Shown here piece by piece: positions 37,001 through 49,136 of a DNA stretch of 64,000 bases. The stretch is from Mantamonas sphyraenae STR306 (lineage: Eukaryota; Protista; CRuMs): the NCBI GenBank assembly GCA_026936335.1, contig JAPMXV010000010.1:1-64000 (forward strand), given 5' to 3'. The notes beneath the pieces were generated by a model, which did not search any database, was not told where the DNA came from, and was given only the letters and a program-made list of their open reading frames with translations. Numbering within the stretch: position 1 is the stretch's first letter; the number at the start of each line of letters is the position of its first letter. Made by a program: the position numbers and the translations under genes.

Positions 37001-37492
37001 TGTGGCCGACTCTGGTGACAAGACCAGCGCCGACGAACTCGATGAGGAGGAGCCTGTCAAGCCTAGCGCGAAGGGCGACCATGCTGCGCCACCTGCTGCC
37101 AAGAGCCCTGCCAAGAAAGGCAGCAAGGCAAAGGCAAAGGCGGACAGCAAGGAGGAAGAAGAGCCGGAGGAGGAGGAGGAAGAGGATGAGGACGAGGAGG
37201 AGGACGAGAAGCAGCCTGCCAAGAAGTCGTCTCAGCTCAAGGCCAAGCCGCGCGGCAGCATGGACAAGGCCCGCAAGAGCGTGACAAGCCCCGCGGCAGC
37301 ATGGACAAGGCCCGCAAGAGCGTTGACAAGCCCCGCGGCAGCATGGACAAGGCCCGCAAGAGCGTCGACAAGCCCCGTGGCAGCATGGACAAGGCCCGCA
37401 AGAGCGTCGACAAGCCCCGTGGCAGCATGGACAAGTCCCGCAAGAGCGTCGACAAGCCCCGTGCCTCCGTTGACGAGCAGACCACCGAATGA
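34065..37492 (+). CDS. Cell-surface protein: signal peptide, SBBP-like beta-propeller repeats, PT linker, PSI domain, multi-TM (TRP/Flc-like) region, repetitive tail
   Basis: Repeats of GGTGDDVA...YVVGxT; CSSCTAQTICGWC PSI motif; multiple TM helices with YGCLYLDF and KPYQDK. 1-nt frame break at about 37282 in the tail repeat. Confidence 0.75.
37245..37475 (+). repeat. 42-bp coding minisatellite, about 5.5 copies (KPRGSMDKARKSVD)
   Basis: AAGCCCCGYGGCAGCATGGACAAGGCCCGCAAGAGCGTYGAC tandem units; the first copy is 41 bp (gagcgtgac). Confidence 0.95.
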
Positions 37493-37577
37493 GTAAACTC
37501 TGCGAGTGCAATCAATCACCCTGACATGAACCACCTCCACACCACACAACAAAACTCCGCTCCGCTCCGGTCAAAAG

Positions 37578-40500
37578 ATGGCAGAAGACGTCGAGGAAAC
37601 CCAATGGGACGACCTGGACGACTCCTCTGTTATCTCCGACCTGCTGGAGCGCTATATTAGCTCCAACATGTCCAACTCCACAGGCATCACCGTTCTGGAA
37701 ACTCGGCGGCCGCACAGCAAACGTCGATCGGCTCGCCGCAAGACCCGCAGTCGCCAGCACCAGAGTGCATCGCGTAACAACCTCGAAGAATCGCTTACTA
37801 CACTCACCGGGATCACAGGAACTCAGATGCGGCCCATCATCGACGCACGATACGCCGCTCTGACCCGACCGAAAACCAGCAACGGCCTCCTTCGTCTCGG
37901 CAAGCCCCGCAACAGCCCACGCACCCCGCGTGCATCCTCACGCGCCACCCACCACGACTCCCCTGTACACTATGTCGATATTCAAGTCACTCCACTCAGC
38001 CCGCGTCCAGGTACCTCCGCCTCCAGCAGCCGCACGTTACCCAAGCTCACCCACCCGGGTCTGCACACTCCACTGGCCCCGACGCCACCTCGTGCCTCCA
38101 CTGCCCATCCCTCGCCCCGTGTACATACATCATTGGCGCGCCAGACTCTGCCCAAACCTCCTGCTGCCTTGCGCAAGGACCGCTCTCCCCGCAAACGCAT
38201 CACCCTCGACGATTTGGGTCTCCAAACCGCCGGAGCACGCCTCCACTCACCCAGAAACCCCACGTCGTCCAACGTAGTTGCATCGGCCTCTTCGTCCGCA
38301 TCCCACGTTCTCGCATCACCCAGCAGCCATAGCGAGCAGGACCGGCAGAGTTTGACCCTGGACGCGGACGACGACAACGACGACAACGACAACAAAGACG
38401 ACGACGATGATGACATGCTCATGCCTTTGCAGCAGCCAATGCCCATGGACAATATGGCTGCTCCCAGTCAGCCAGACACGGTGGCCATCCAGGTGCCCTA
38501 CCTCGTCGCAAAGGCCGTCGATTCCCACGCTGACGACGGCGACGTCCTCTACCTACCCATCTTCTTCAACGTGGCTGGAAAATCGCGCGGTGGCACATTC
38601 AACCAGCCTCGTGACCCTTCCATGCCCCAACTCTCTCTCCCCGTCCACATGGGCGTGAAAACAGGTGCTTGGAACCAGGATGTTCGCCGTTGGATGCCCT
38701 ACCTCCTCGACCAGCTCGGCCTGCCCACCACAGAGGGCAACGTGCGCCGATACCGCATGTTTGCCCCATTTCAGGGTTGCGTCATACGTTCAGTCCACCA
38801 GATCCAGGGGATGGAAGGCTGGCGTCGCGTCTTTGTTCTCACCTTTCTGCGCACCTTTTCCGTGGCCCCCTCTCGCTCTCAATCCAAGCAGGTGTCACCA
38901 AGCGCGTCGGGCACAGTCACACCCAAGCACATGCCTCTTTCACGCGGCGCTCGCCAGCTCCAAGCGGCCCGCCGCGAAGAGGAGCTTCGCCAAGCGCTCA
39001 ATCGCATCAACGGCGTCTTGGACGAAGGCGACGTGGGATCCGACGAACTTGCGCACTTGGCCAACGAAGAAGAGGCTCAGGCCGTTGTGGATGAAGACAA
39101 CGCAGGCAATGACACAGACGGCAACATGATCGCTGCCTTTGACTACAACTCGTTCCTGACGCTGGACGAGCAGCAAAGAGCCGTGCGTCGCTGTATACAC
39201 TGCGACGCCATGTTTTCTCAGCAGAGTCTGCACACAGACCCGAGTCAGGCACACTGCTCCTGGCACCCGGGCCGTTTCATGTTTGGCCGCTGGACCTGTT
39301 GCAAGAGCTTCAAACGCAACGATCCCAGCGAGCACTGCGAGCACGGCACGCACACAGGTCTCTATATTGTGCCTGTACGCATGCATGCTCACCAGCACGT
39401 GGCCGAGCTCGAGGACAAGCTGGACAAGGCTTCCATCCATCTCAACTCCATCTCCAACGCAGACATGACCATCCTCGCCGAGCAGGCTGCCGAACAGCTG
39501 CAAACGCAGCACGCTCTCGACGATGATCAACACATTGCCTCGTCCATCCCTCTGTCCAAGCAGCAGCCAGGCGTGTCAGGCTCGGCGCACCCCGCTCGAC
39601 GTCAGCGAAGACCGCGTGCCCTCCTTCGCATTTTCTTCAACCACACCAGCCAAGGCCACCGTGGAGGCCTTCACGTGGATAGCCCGTCGCCTCCCACCCT
39701 GAGCATGTCCGTCCATGTCGACGGCAAAAATGGCACCGACACACGGCGCGTCGTGAAGCGCATCACCAAGAAGCTGGGCATGCCTGCTGATCGTGCACGC
39801 TCTCTCGTTCTTTATTCCCCTTGGTACGGCATTCTCATCGACGATGTGCGCCTGCTCCACGCCTTGTCCAACGAGAACAAACAAGACGTCGTTCTGGTCT
39901 CCACCTCGTCGCTGCAGCAGCACGACGACAGCGCACAGCCCACAACCACGCCCAACACACCCAAGGACGGCCCTGTTACGCCCAAGGGCCCTCTGGCACG
40001 GCGTGGTCGTGAAATCCAGTTGATGCGAGAGCACAGCTTCATGTCGCAATCCAGCACCGCGGAGTCGGACTTTGGTTCAACCACAATGCCAATGAGTCCC
40101 CTATCTCCTCGTCGTATGCCGCTGGCCAGGCCCATGGTCAAGCAGTACTCCATGCCCTTGGGCCCTGGCTCTGTGGCAAGCGACGCCGGCAGCGAGGACA
40201 CCACACATACAAACACCTCCGACCTGTCCCCGGCTGAGCTGCTAGCCTTGTGCAACCAAAACAGGCGACACAACCACCTGTTGCCTCCCAAGTCCCAAGA
40301 GAGCGAGGCATCTGATGACAACCCCGACTCGGACGACGCCGCACCGCAGGTTCCCGAGGTGACCAATGTGCTCGAGGACGACTTTGCACAGGTTGCACAG
40401 GACGACACATCCGCCACTGCCGCTGTTGCCACACAGGACGATGCTTCAGAGGATCGTGTCGAGTCCCTCGAGACCTTGTCCCGGCGCATGCTGGACACCC

Positions 40501-41867
40501 ACGAGCGCACGTCTTTTGCCGAGCGCTTCGACTACACGCTGTTCCTCACCAGCGCCGAGCAGGAAAGGGTGTGGCGCAAGTGCACCGATTGTGGGAACGA
40601 TCAGGTGAGTGTGGCATCGCGCATGGAATCCAGTTGCACGCGACACGTTGGCCAGTTCCGATTCGGCCGCTGGACGTGTTGCCAGAGCATGGTGCGCAAA
40701 GACAAGGGTTGTGTCGAGTCGCACCATCGCATGCAAAACACACGCTTGGTCGTGCCCATCCAGATGGACGTCACTCTGGACTTGTCTGAGCTCTCGCTGG
40801 ACGGGATGACCCTGGGCGACGGCACAACTACAGGCATCACAGGTCCGCGAGAGCTGGGCGAGCGCATGGGCGCTGAAGATCTTTATCCCGAACAGAACGA
40901 GCTGTTTGTGGTCGATTCCGAGGGTCTGCTCAAGATGAAGGAGGCGCTGTCAGAGACGCCTGACAAGCTCGAGGTCGAGCCAAGCCCGCTGGATGCCATC
41001 AGTGCCACCACGGGGGCCAGTTCCATGGCCATGCCCTGGGCCACCGAGGACCCTCTCGGCCTGTTTACCACCGAGACGGTGCAGCTGGAGCAGGGACATG
41101 ACGTCACCCTCATCAACGACGTTCGCTTCACTGGTACAGCCTGGATGCAGATGCACGCCGTCATGCCCAACCTCTACGAAAACGCATCTAACGAAGGCGA
41201 CGGCGACGGCGACATGGATGCCGTGCGCACTCGTCGCAAGCTCTTGCGCACAACATCGAGCGACGCCTTTGATCGCAACGCCCTTTCCAGTGCGCTCTCC
41301 AAGCAGATCCAGCGTCCACGCAGCATCAGCGTCAACAGTCCGCTGCAACCGCGCACGAGCCCACCACGCAACAAGATGGTCCGCAAGGCGAGCATTCACG
41401 ACCATCGCCGTGAAGCCGTGGCTGCCGTCCATGCGCTCTCGCTCGCCAACCAATCCGACGGTGACGACAGAGACATACCAAGCGCACTGCCAGGTCACTT
41501 GGCCTTTGAGCAGGGGATCTTTGAGCAGGACATGTGGCGTCCCAACACCGTGGTGGATTCTGCCACTCAAGTGGAGCTTGTCTTTACGACCGACGAGGAT
41601 GCCCACTACGGAGAATTCAATGTGTTTGTCCCCGACGTGCGCCGTGAAGGCCAGTCGATCAACGCCGCAGTACGTTCTCAAGCTGCTCAGCATGCAAGCA
41701 GGCACCTGTACACATCGCAACAGATGTACGCCCACGCCATCCGCTCGTTGCTGGCGCACGACGCACGAAACTCCCCGTTCATCCTCAGCCACCCTGTGAG
41801 TGAGTGGGTCTTTGGTACGGATGGCATGTTTTGCACCACCGACGAATGGGAGGAGGGCATGGAATGA
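37578..41867 (+). CDS. 1429-aa protein of unknown function with two Cys/His zinc-binding (BTK/CHORD-like) motifs
   Basis: Single long ORF with two CxxC...CxxHxGxFxFGRWTCC...C...H motifs. Confidence 0.8.
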   Translation: MAEDVEETQWDDLDDSSVISDLLERYISSNMSNSTGITVLETRRPHSKRRSARRKTRSRQHQSASRNNLEESLTTLTGITGTQMRPIIDARYAALTRPKTSNGLLRLGKPRNSPRTPRASSRATHHDSPVHYVDIQVTPLSPRPGTSASSSRTLPKLTHPGLHTPLAPTPPRASTAHPSPRVHTSLARQTLPKPPAALRKDRSPRKRITLDDLGLQTAGARLHSPRNPTSSNVVASASSSASHVLASPSSHSEQDRQSLTLDADDDNDDNDNKDDDDDDMLMPLQQPMPMDNMAAPSQPDTVAIQVPYLVAKAVDSHADDGDVLYLPIFFNVAGKSRGGTFNQPRDPSMPQLSLPVHMGVKTGAWNQDVRRWMPYLLDQLGLPTTEGNVRRYRMFAPFQGCVIRSVHQIQGMEGWRRVFVLTFLRTFSVAPSRSQSKQVSPSASGTVTPKHMPLSRGARQLQAARREEELRQALNRINGVLDEGDVGSDELAHLANEEEAQAVVDEDNAGNDTDGNMIAAFDYNSFLTLDEQQRAVRRCIHCDAMFSQQSLHTDPSQAHCSWHPGRFMFGRWTCCKSFKRNDPSEHCEHGTHTGLYIVPVRMHAHQHVAELEDKLDKASIHLNSISNADMTILAEQAAEQLQTQHALDDDQHIASSIPLSKQQPGVSGSAHPARRQRRPRALLRIFFNHTSQGHRGGLHVDSPSPPTLSMSVHVDGKNGTDTRRVVKRITKKLGMPADRARSLVLYSPWYGILIDDVRLLHALSNENKQDVVLVSTSSLQQHDDSAQPTTTPNTPKDGPVTPKGPLARRGREIQLMREHSFMSQSSTAESDFGSTTMPMSPLSPRRMPLARPMVKQYSMPLGPGSVASDAGSEDTTHTNTSDLSPAELLALCNQNRRHNHLLPPKSQESEASDDNPDSDDAAPQVPEVTNVLEDDFAQVAQDDTSATAAVATQDDASEDRVESLETLSRRMLDTHERTSFAERFDYTLFLTSAEQERVWRKCTDCGNDQVSVASRMESSCTRHVGQFRFGRWTCCQSMVRKDKGCVESHHRMQNTRLVVPIQMDVTLDLSELSLDGMTLGDGTTTGITGPRELGERMGAEDLYPEQNELFVVDSEGLLKMKEALSETPDKLEVEPSPLDAISATTGASSMAMPWATEDPLGLFTTETVQLEQGHDVTLINDVRFTGTAWMQMHAVMPNLYENASNEGDGDGDMDAVRTRRKLLRTTSSDAFDRNALSSALSKQIQRPRSISVNSPLQPRTSPPRNKMVRKASIHDHRREAVAAVHALSLANQSDGDDRDIPSALPGHLAFEQGIFEQDMWRPNTVVDSATQVELVFTTDEDAHYGEFNVFVPDVRREGQSINAAVRSQAAQHASRHLYTSQQMYAHAIRSLLAHDARNSPFILSHPVSEWVFGTDGMFCTTDEWEEGME

Positions 41868-41911
41868 AACGAAGAACCGCGCTCGCTGCGCGCGCCCCGG
41901 TCCAAGGACAC

Positions 41912-42826
41912 ATGGAGGACGAGTACGGATCTCAACAGGGGAGGGAGGCCGGCAAGGCCCAGACTCCGTCCCATGGGCGACGGGCGCGTAACGTGCCCGT
42001 CACCTCGTCGTGGGGTGACTCGAACAGTGTGGACGAAAGCGGTCCGGAACAGGAAACCACCCAGGCTTCACCTGCTGCTGCCCCACCCAGGAGGGAAAAG
42101 GTTGCCCAGGGCTGGGGATCTCCATCAGCATCGTCCAGGTACGTGCTCCATGCGCATCACACCCACCGGCCGGCGTTGCGTCGATTTGCGCGCGCTCACA
42201 CCGTTTCCCAATTCCCTGCCCGCTTCTGCATCCCCCAGCGGTGGAGGCGGCGGCTTTGCAGGACGCACAGATGATGTCGACCGATTTGACACAGATGCCG
42301 GCTCGTCGTCGGGCTCTGGTAGGGGCAGAGTCCTGGACGACGAAGACAATGGTGAGCTCCAGCCGTTTTGCCAGCACTTCTTTGCGCCGCGCACTCTTCT
42401 CACGCATTCCACACAAACGCACACATTCGTCGTTTGCACTTGCTCGCACACCACTTGCCACGCTCAGACGTCATCCAGATCATTCCCGACCTCGAAGAGG
42501 CTGCCGAGGAAGACTTTACACAACAAGTGGCCGACGCCCCCCAGGTGGACACGCTGCGCGTCCAGTCCCTGAACGAACTGGAGGCCCAGAGCAATGTACG
42601 TTTGCCCAGCAGCGTCGACACAGCCATCGACATGGGCTTGCTCCGCTCCGTCCTCTCACCGCCCGAACAGGTCGTCGAGAACGACGAGACTTGGGAGTAC
42701 GACCGCTTGCTTTTCCAGGTCACCTCGGAGATCCGCAACGAACGCGAGGCCCAGGATAAAGAGGCCAACGGCGAGACGGGCGATGACTTTGACGCATTGT
42801 TTGCCATGGCAGAGGGTGATGAGTGA
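41912..42826 (+). CDS. IFT43: Intraflagellar transport protein 43
   Basis: IIPDLEE...QVADAP...VQSLNELE...IDMGLL...WEYDRLLFQVTSEI; GW motifs in the N-term; two introns. Confidence 0.88.
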
Positions 42827-42924
42827 TGGTTCGCCAGCAATTTGACTTTGTTCGAGATCCTTGTCGTTCTCTCTCTCTCTCTCTCTCTCTCTGTCGTCAT
42901 CACCACACCCACACACTCGCATGA

Positions 42925-45332
42925 TCAGTACACGTCTTCCAGATCCCACATGATGATGCAGCCCTCCGATGAAACGGATACGAGCTTGCTTTGGTCAGGC
43001 GTGATCTTGATCTTGTGCACCTCGCCGCTGTGACCAAGCCCCACGGCCGTGCAAATGCCCTCGTCGTACTTGTAGACCTTGACCAACTTGTCTGCACCCG
43101 CGGTGTAAAAGTGTTCGCCGTCCTCGCTGATGTCCAGCGAGTTGATGGGACCAGCCAGCGAGCCCTCAATCTCCCGGATGGCGCTGCCGTCAAAGTTGTC
43201 CCAAAACGTCAGCTTGCGGTCTGTGCCTGTCGTAAGGATCTGCGTTTCGTCCGGGTGGTACACCACCGACTTGAAGAAGGTCGACGCAAACATGCACTTG
43301 TTGCGCACGTGGCGTTCCAGATCCCACAGGATCGTAGAGCCGTCCGCAGATGACGAGACACACTCCATACCGTCGGAACGCACACGAATGCTCGACACCT
43401 CACCCTTGTGCTCCTTCATCGACGCCTCCATCGTCTGCGACTGCTTGGAAATGCGCCACACGCGCACCGCGCCCTTGGAGCCACCCGAGATGATGCGCTT
43501 GCTGTCGTCTGTGCTGGCAATTGCCGTCACGCCGTCCACATGTGCGTCGTGGATCACATACATCAGGCGGCCGCTCTCCGGGTAAAAAGCGCGAATCTTG
43601 CCGTCAGCCCAACCCGAAATGATGCTCTTGCCGTCCTTCATGAAGCCCACGCAGTTGCACTCCACGTTGTTCGTCACCTGGATGCGCAACAGCTCCTCGC
43701 ACGTCTTTGCGTTCCACAAGCGGATGTCGCCCACGGAACAGGTGGCAAACAGCGCCGAGTACGCATACGGGAAGGCCACGTCGTTGATGCGTCCCGGGTG
43801 GCACGTGCTCACAAGCTCACCCTCGAACGAGCGTGCGTTCATCACGTACTGGTTGCTGCGGTCTGTGCCCACAAAGAACGACGACGAGCTGCCGACCATG
43901 TTGATCGACGTCACTGCGCCGTCAAACTCTGTGTCCCGATCCATGATTTTCAGCGTGTCCTTCTTCAGCATGGCACATCGACCCGTGCCTGTGCCCACAA
44001 TGATGTTGCCATCGGGCTCCTGCGCAATGGCCAGGATGCCCGACGCAAATGGAGCCTTCTTGGGACCCAGATGCTTGAACAGAGCCGTGCGCAGGGAGAC
44101 CTTGAGCACGTCGCCTGTGGACGTACCACAGTACACAAACTCGTCTTCCTGGTCCACCAGCATGCACTGCACGATGCGCTTCATGTTGCCCAGGCTGCAG
44201 TCCGTCGGACGCAGTTTGCGGTTCTTTCGGTCGATGTCCCAGATGGCCAGGTTGAATTCGCCACCAGACACAAGCTGCTCGTCAGTGTTGTTAAGGAACG
44301 AGATGCAGTTGGCCTCGCCTGCGCTGTCCTTGGTAGCAGGCGTGCCACACACTGCCTTGCCCGTGTCCAGGTCCCACACCACCAGTGTGTTGTCGTCAGG
44401 GCCACCCAGCGATGCCAGGTACGTCTCCGAAGGGGAGAACGACAGCGCCTTCACCATCACCTTGTGGATCGTCAGGCGGTGCACCATCTCACGCGCTTCG
44501 AAATCCCACACCACAATGTCGGCCTGTGCGTACGTATGCGAGACGGGCATGGAGTGCATACGCGGTCCAGTGCGTGGTAGTCATGGCATGCGTGTCAGTT
44601 GAGGGGTGCGGATCTGGTCACAATCACTCACACACGCTGTAACGGTGTCCAACGCGCACAAGCAACGCCAACGGCTAGAAACGACGTGGCCCCCGTACGG
44701 CACAACCAGGGCAAGTGCAGTTCCACTGGATGTGGGACACGCTACATCGATGCCAGTACAGCCTTCAGTGCAGCGGACTATGCTGTTGACTGTCATCCAG
44801 GATCCCGGAGCGACTGCAAAGGCGAGTCGTGGCGCGCAAAAAGCAACCGCAACTGGCCCAAACGCAGGCTGCACAGGCAAGGGAGACATGTTCAGGGATG
44901 GTTGGACGCACGGGAGGCTGGCCATAGGTGGCTGCAGGACAACTCACATCAAAACCCATGTGTGTGCGGTGGCCTGAGGCCACATAGCGGCCAGAGGGCG
45001 AAACGACGATGCAGGAAACGTCGTTCGTTTCGCCGTCGAGGAACTCCTGCTCGCCCGTGCTGATGTTCTTGATGACCACCGTGGCACCGAGCGCATACAT
45101 GATGTGCTCACCGTACGGATGCACCTGCAGTCCGTCAGGGACGTCGCCTGTGCATCCAGGACCCGTCGCAAACGGCAGAAGCAAAAGAGGGCGTCAGCGT
45201 CGCGCTCGTGTGGACGCCCCAGGACTCCATATCCGTCTGACCCAACCCAGTCGCATGCCCGTGTCACCTACCTCCAAACCCAATGGTGTTGACAATCGGC
45301 AGCATCTGCTGCTCAGACGAAGACGAAGACAT
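42925..45332 (-). CDS. CFAP52: Cilia- and flagella-associated protein 52 (WDR16), WD40 protein
   Basis: NTIGFG|GDVPDGL...HMGFD|ADIVVWDF, SLGGPDD, DIRLWN...ELLRI, GHSGEV. Two introns. Confidence 0.92.
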
Positions 45333-45401
45333 GGGAAACGCGGTTTTGTTGGCTGTTGTTGCGCAATGCTGTCCACGTTCATTGACCACGCGACACGACA
45401 C

Positions 45402-46550
45402 TCACTCACAAGCACACAGCACACTCTTTTCAGTTTTGGCCTCATTGGTGACCAGCTTGTGCAGGGCCTGAGCCATGGTGCCGACCACGGCGGTGATGGC
45501 GCACTGCACGCCAAAAATCGACCAGGTCGAGTAGCCCAGGTGTTGCAGCACAGCCGTGGCCACGGAAAACGCAGGGTACAGCAGCATGACGGCCATAAGC
45601 AGGCGTGCGTGCATGTTGCTGATGCGCTTAAAGTTGTACAACACGACAAGAGTTGTGAACGCGAGCTGGTACGCAATGGACACGTTCGACTCCAGCGCCA
45701 TGATCACATAGTCCCACGAGAACTGCAACGAGCGTGCTCCCATCCACAGCGGTGCCAGACGTGCCAGAAGCGATTCCGTGAACGCCCAGCCCAGCGTCAC
45801 GCCCAGGATCTTCACCTCGGCGCTGCCACGAACCCAGTACGACACAAGGTGTGCCAGACCCAGCAGGTCGATGTACATAGCGGCACCCTTCATCAACTCC
45901 TGTTCTCACACGCACCCACGCACACCAAGCGCGTTAGTTGGACTTTGCCCGCAGCAAGTGGTTGGTTTCCACAGCCGCCCATAACGGCGTGCGCAGCTCT
46001 CACCCCTCCGAGCCCTGGTCAAGTGTCTGCGTCGATGCGTACACACATGCCTGCATCGCCGACCACGGCCTGTGCCTGCATCATGCACCGCCCACGTTGA
46101 GCTGTGCACATGCACGACTCCACACGCCTCGCCACACCCATGCAATGCACACAGTCTGCTGTTCAAACCTACGTCCGTCAAATCAAACGAATCTGCCTCC
46201 ACCAGCGCCGGAAGGAACGTGGCAATCACCATCATCTGTGACGAGGGGACCTTGTGAGCGCTGCCCGCGTTTCTACCTCCCTCAAACCAGCTCTGTGCAA
46301 CCACCTCCCACCCACCTTGGCAAATTGTGTGACAATGTATCCTGCACCCGAGTAGAACATCATCCAAGTCGCAGAAAAGTCCGAGCTGCGAGCGTCACGG
46401 CCAGCACAAAGGTGTGTGTCAGCAACAATCCCGGCGCGCTCGCTTCCCGCGCCCGCGTTCATCAACCACTCACATCTTGGACGAGTAGTACAGCACAAAA
46501 TACGGTGCATAGCACAGCGTCAGCGTATTGACAAGATGCAGGTAGCCCAT
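45402..46550 (-). CDS. TMEM147: Transmembrane protein 147 (BOS complex)
   Basis: MGYLHLVNTL...APY, YIVTQFAK|MMVIATF, LGWAFTE...RLAPLWMGARSLQFSWDY; multi-exon. Confidence 0.88.
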
Positions 46551-46563
46551 TTTGTTTCTGTGA

Positions 46564-49090
46564 TCACAGTTGCTCCAACTCGCGCTCAGAGTCGCCCATC
46601 ATCGCGCCCAGCACGTCGCTGTCGTTTCCCACCAGAATCGACTGCTCTGCCAACCTGGAATCCACTGTATCGTCCAGCACCTCGTCTGCACGTCCTGGCG
46701 TCCGCGGCTGCCTGTGTTTGCCCAGTTGCACCACAATTTCCTCGTCCTCTGCAAACAGGTCACTTTCCTGACCCACGTCCGAGCCGCTAACTGTGCTGGC
46801 CAGACTCGTGTCCTGCGTAGTTTCACTGGCTGCCAACTGAGCCGCACGCCCCTGCATGGGCGTCCGCACAGGCGTCCGCGGCAGCTGTTTGCCCGTCTGG
46901 AATGCCACCGACTCGTCCAGCCACATCATCGCTCCACTGTCCAGATCTAAGCTCACACTGTCACTTCCTTCCTGTGACAGCCTCTTGCTTCCGCCCACCA
47001 TCCCTGCAGCCACGCGTTCAGCCAGCGCATCCAAACCCCCTCCTGCTCCTCCCTTGCCTCCCTTGGCTGACCCCCGAGGCCGCATTGTCTTGCGCATCAT
47101 GTCCACTTCCTCCTCTGGTTCACTTTCCTCCTCGTCGTTTTGCGTTTCCTCGTCCTCCTCCTGCGCGTCCAGAGACTCGTCGTCAAACAAGATGGCCTTG
47201 CGTACGTTGACTCGCTGCGTGGCTCCGGGTTGGAACGGCGTCGACTCGCCCATGGGCGTCATATTCACACTTGCGTCGCTCATTGCCGTGCGTTCCAGCA
47301 GCGTGGTGGCGCTGTTCTTGTCCCTCGCCAGACCCGTCGCTTTCCGCACACTGTGTGCCAGCTTGTCAACCACATACGGCGTGTCTCCTCCTTGCGTTGC
47401 CATAGTGCCCGACATCCCTGCGGGCGAGTCCATGTCACTGCTAGCTCCGTCCTCTGTATCGTACATACGCACAAGATCCGCCGCTGGCGTGGGCGGCACC
47501 AAACCCATGTTCTGCAGATACGAGCCTCCTTCTCCTCTGCGACCATGCATCGCAGGCGAGTCAAAGTGCACGTGGCGCTCGCTCTGGTTACCTCGCGCTC
47601 GCTTCTTGGCTGCCTTGCGCTCCGCAGCCTGTTCCTCGCGCACTTCCTCCCCACGCTTTTCCAGCTTCTCGATACATGTCTCCAGCGCGGGGATCATGTC
47701 CAGCAACGACGAAGACACTGCTCGCACGTTGGACACGTAATGGCTGTGCGCCTGCACGTGCCTCTCAATCTTTTCCTGGTTGGCCAGCATCTTCAGCCCG
47801 CGCTGCGCCTTCATCAGCCGCTTCAGCGTCTCCAGCTGCACCTTTAGACTCTCATTCCACAGCATCACCACCGTGGTCACATCTACAGCAGCTTCGCGCT
47901 TGGCCTTGGCCGATTTGGCCTTGGATTTGCCCCCCTGCGTGGCGACACTGGATGTTGAGCTGTTCAACACACTGCTGCTGCTGCCAGCGCTGGTTCCTGC
48001 CACGCCCAAGCCACTCTGTTCCTTTTCTGCATCCTCCTCCACCTTGGCCATGTCCATCTCAAACTCGTTCAACCTCTTGCGTAGGCCGTCGTTCTCCCTC
48101 CCTTTCAGGGGCAGTATCGAGCTTGCAGGCTGCACAAACATCACGTCTGTGTGGTCCACGTGCACTGTGTTTGCCTGACGCTGCACCACCTGTGCCAGGC
48201 CTTCCCGTGCGTTGCGCTGCGTCTCCACGTGCGCCTCCAACGTTGCCCACGTTTGCCGAATGCTCGCCACCTGCTCTTCCAGCTCCTGTGGCAGCACAAA
48301 CAGCTCTTCCGCACCCCCCATCTCGGGTAGGCTCTCCAACAGTGCGCCGTACTCGTCGTCCAGCTGCTGGCGTTCATACCGCACCCTACCCATCTCCTGC
48401 TGTACTTGTTCTGCGTACGCCTTCCAGCGCGCTTCTGCCTCCAACCTCCGCTGCGCAAGCGCCACAAATCTCCTGCTTTGGTGGATACGGTGCACTTTGG
48501 ACGCACGCAAGGCTGCCTCCTGCTGCTCTGTGCTCAGCGCGCTGACCTCGCTGGCGCTGGGCATGGACGGCAAAACCACACCCAGCTGCTTCTGTTTGCT
48601 CTGCATAACACATTGCATGACGTGGATCGACAGGTGCCACATCAGGTTGAAGAATCTAACGGGATCCGTGCGCTGTGGGTCAGTCTCTGTGCCCACGCTG
48701 GGAAAAGCAAGCAAGCCACAGAAATATGGCGCCAAAGACTCTCGCGACGCACCTTTCACCACCACACGTCTGCAGCATGGACATGCGCACACTGTTGGCC
48801 TTCAGATGGCCATCTTTCTCCAGTTGCGACAGAAGACGGAACGCCACGGTCTTGAACTCGCGCGCTTGCGTGCGCTCCAGCACAGGCCACACATCACGGA
48901 ACGCTTCCTTGCTTGACTGTGGGTCCAGGGCGGTAAAAAGAAAATGCACCACAACCTGCATGCCCTTTACGTTTCCCTGTCGAAACATGTCCGGTGCAAA
49001 CGGGATGCGATGGCGCGACTCCTCCTGGATGGCGTCAAAGCCCAGCAGGAGTAAGTTGTCAAAGAACAGCTGCTCGGCTTCCTCGCTCAT
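46564..49090 (-). CDS. HAUS6: HAUS augmin-like complex subunit 6
   Basis: FFDNLLLLGFD...MFRQGNVKG...FLF..LDP...WP...REFK...CGGER|F; coiled coil followed by a disordered tail; one intron about 48753-48656. Confidence 0.85.
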
Positions 49091-49136
49091 GTTGACGTTG
49101 CGTTGGCGCAGGCAGCGCAAAGAACGCAGGAGCAGC

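Noticed and set aside
12810-37300. Genome-wide programmed ribosomal frameshifting system explaining four frame breaks
   Set aside because: The breaks have mixed sign (two +1, two -1), share no slippery motif or stop context, and two fall in a homopolymer or tandem repeat. Long-read indel errors or unrecognised introns are more parsimonious.
37245-37475. CRISPR-like array
   Set aside because: The repeats are contiguous with no unique spacers, coding, and in a eukaryotic context.
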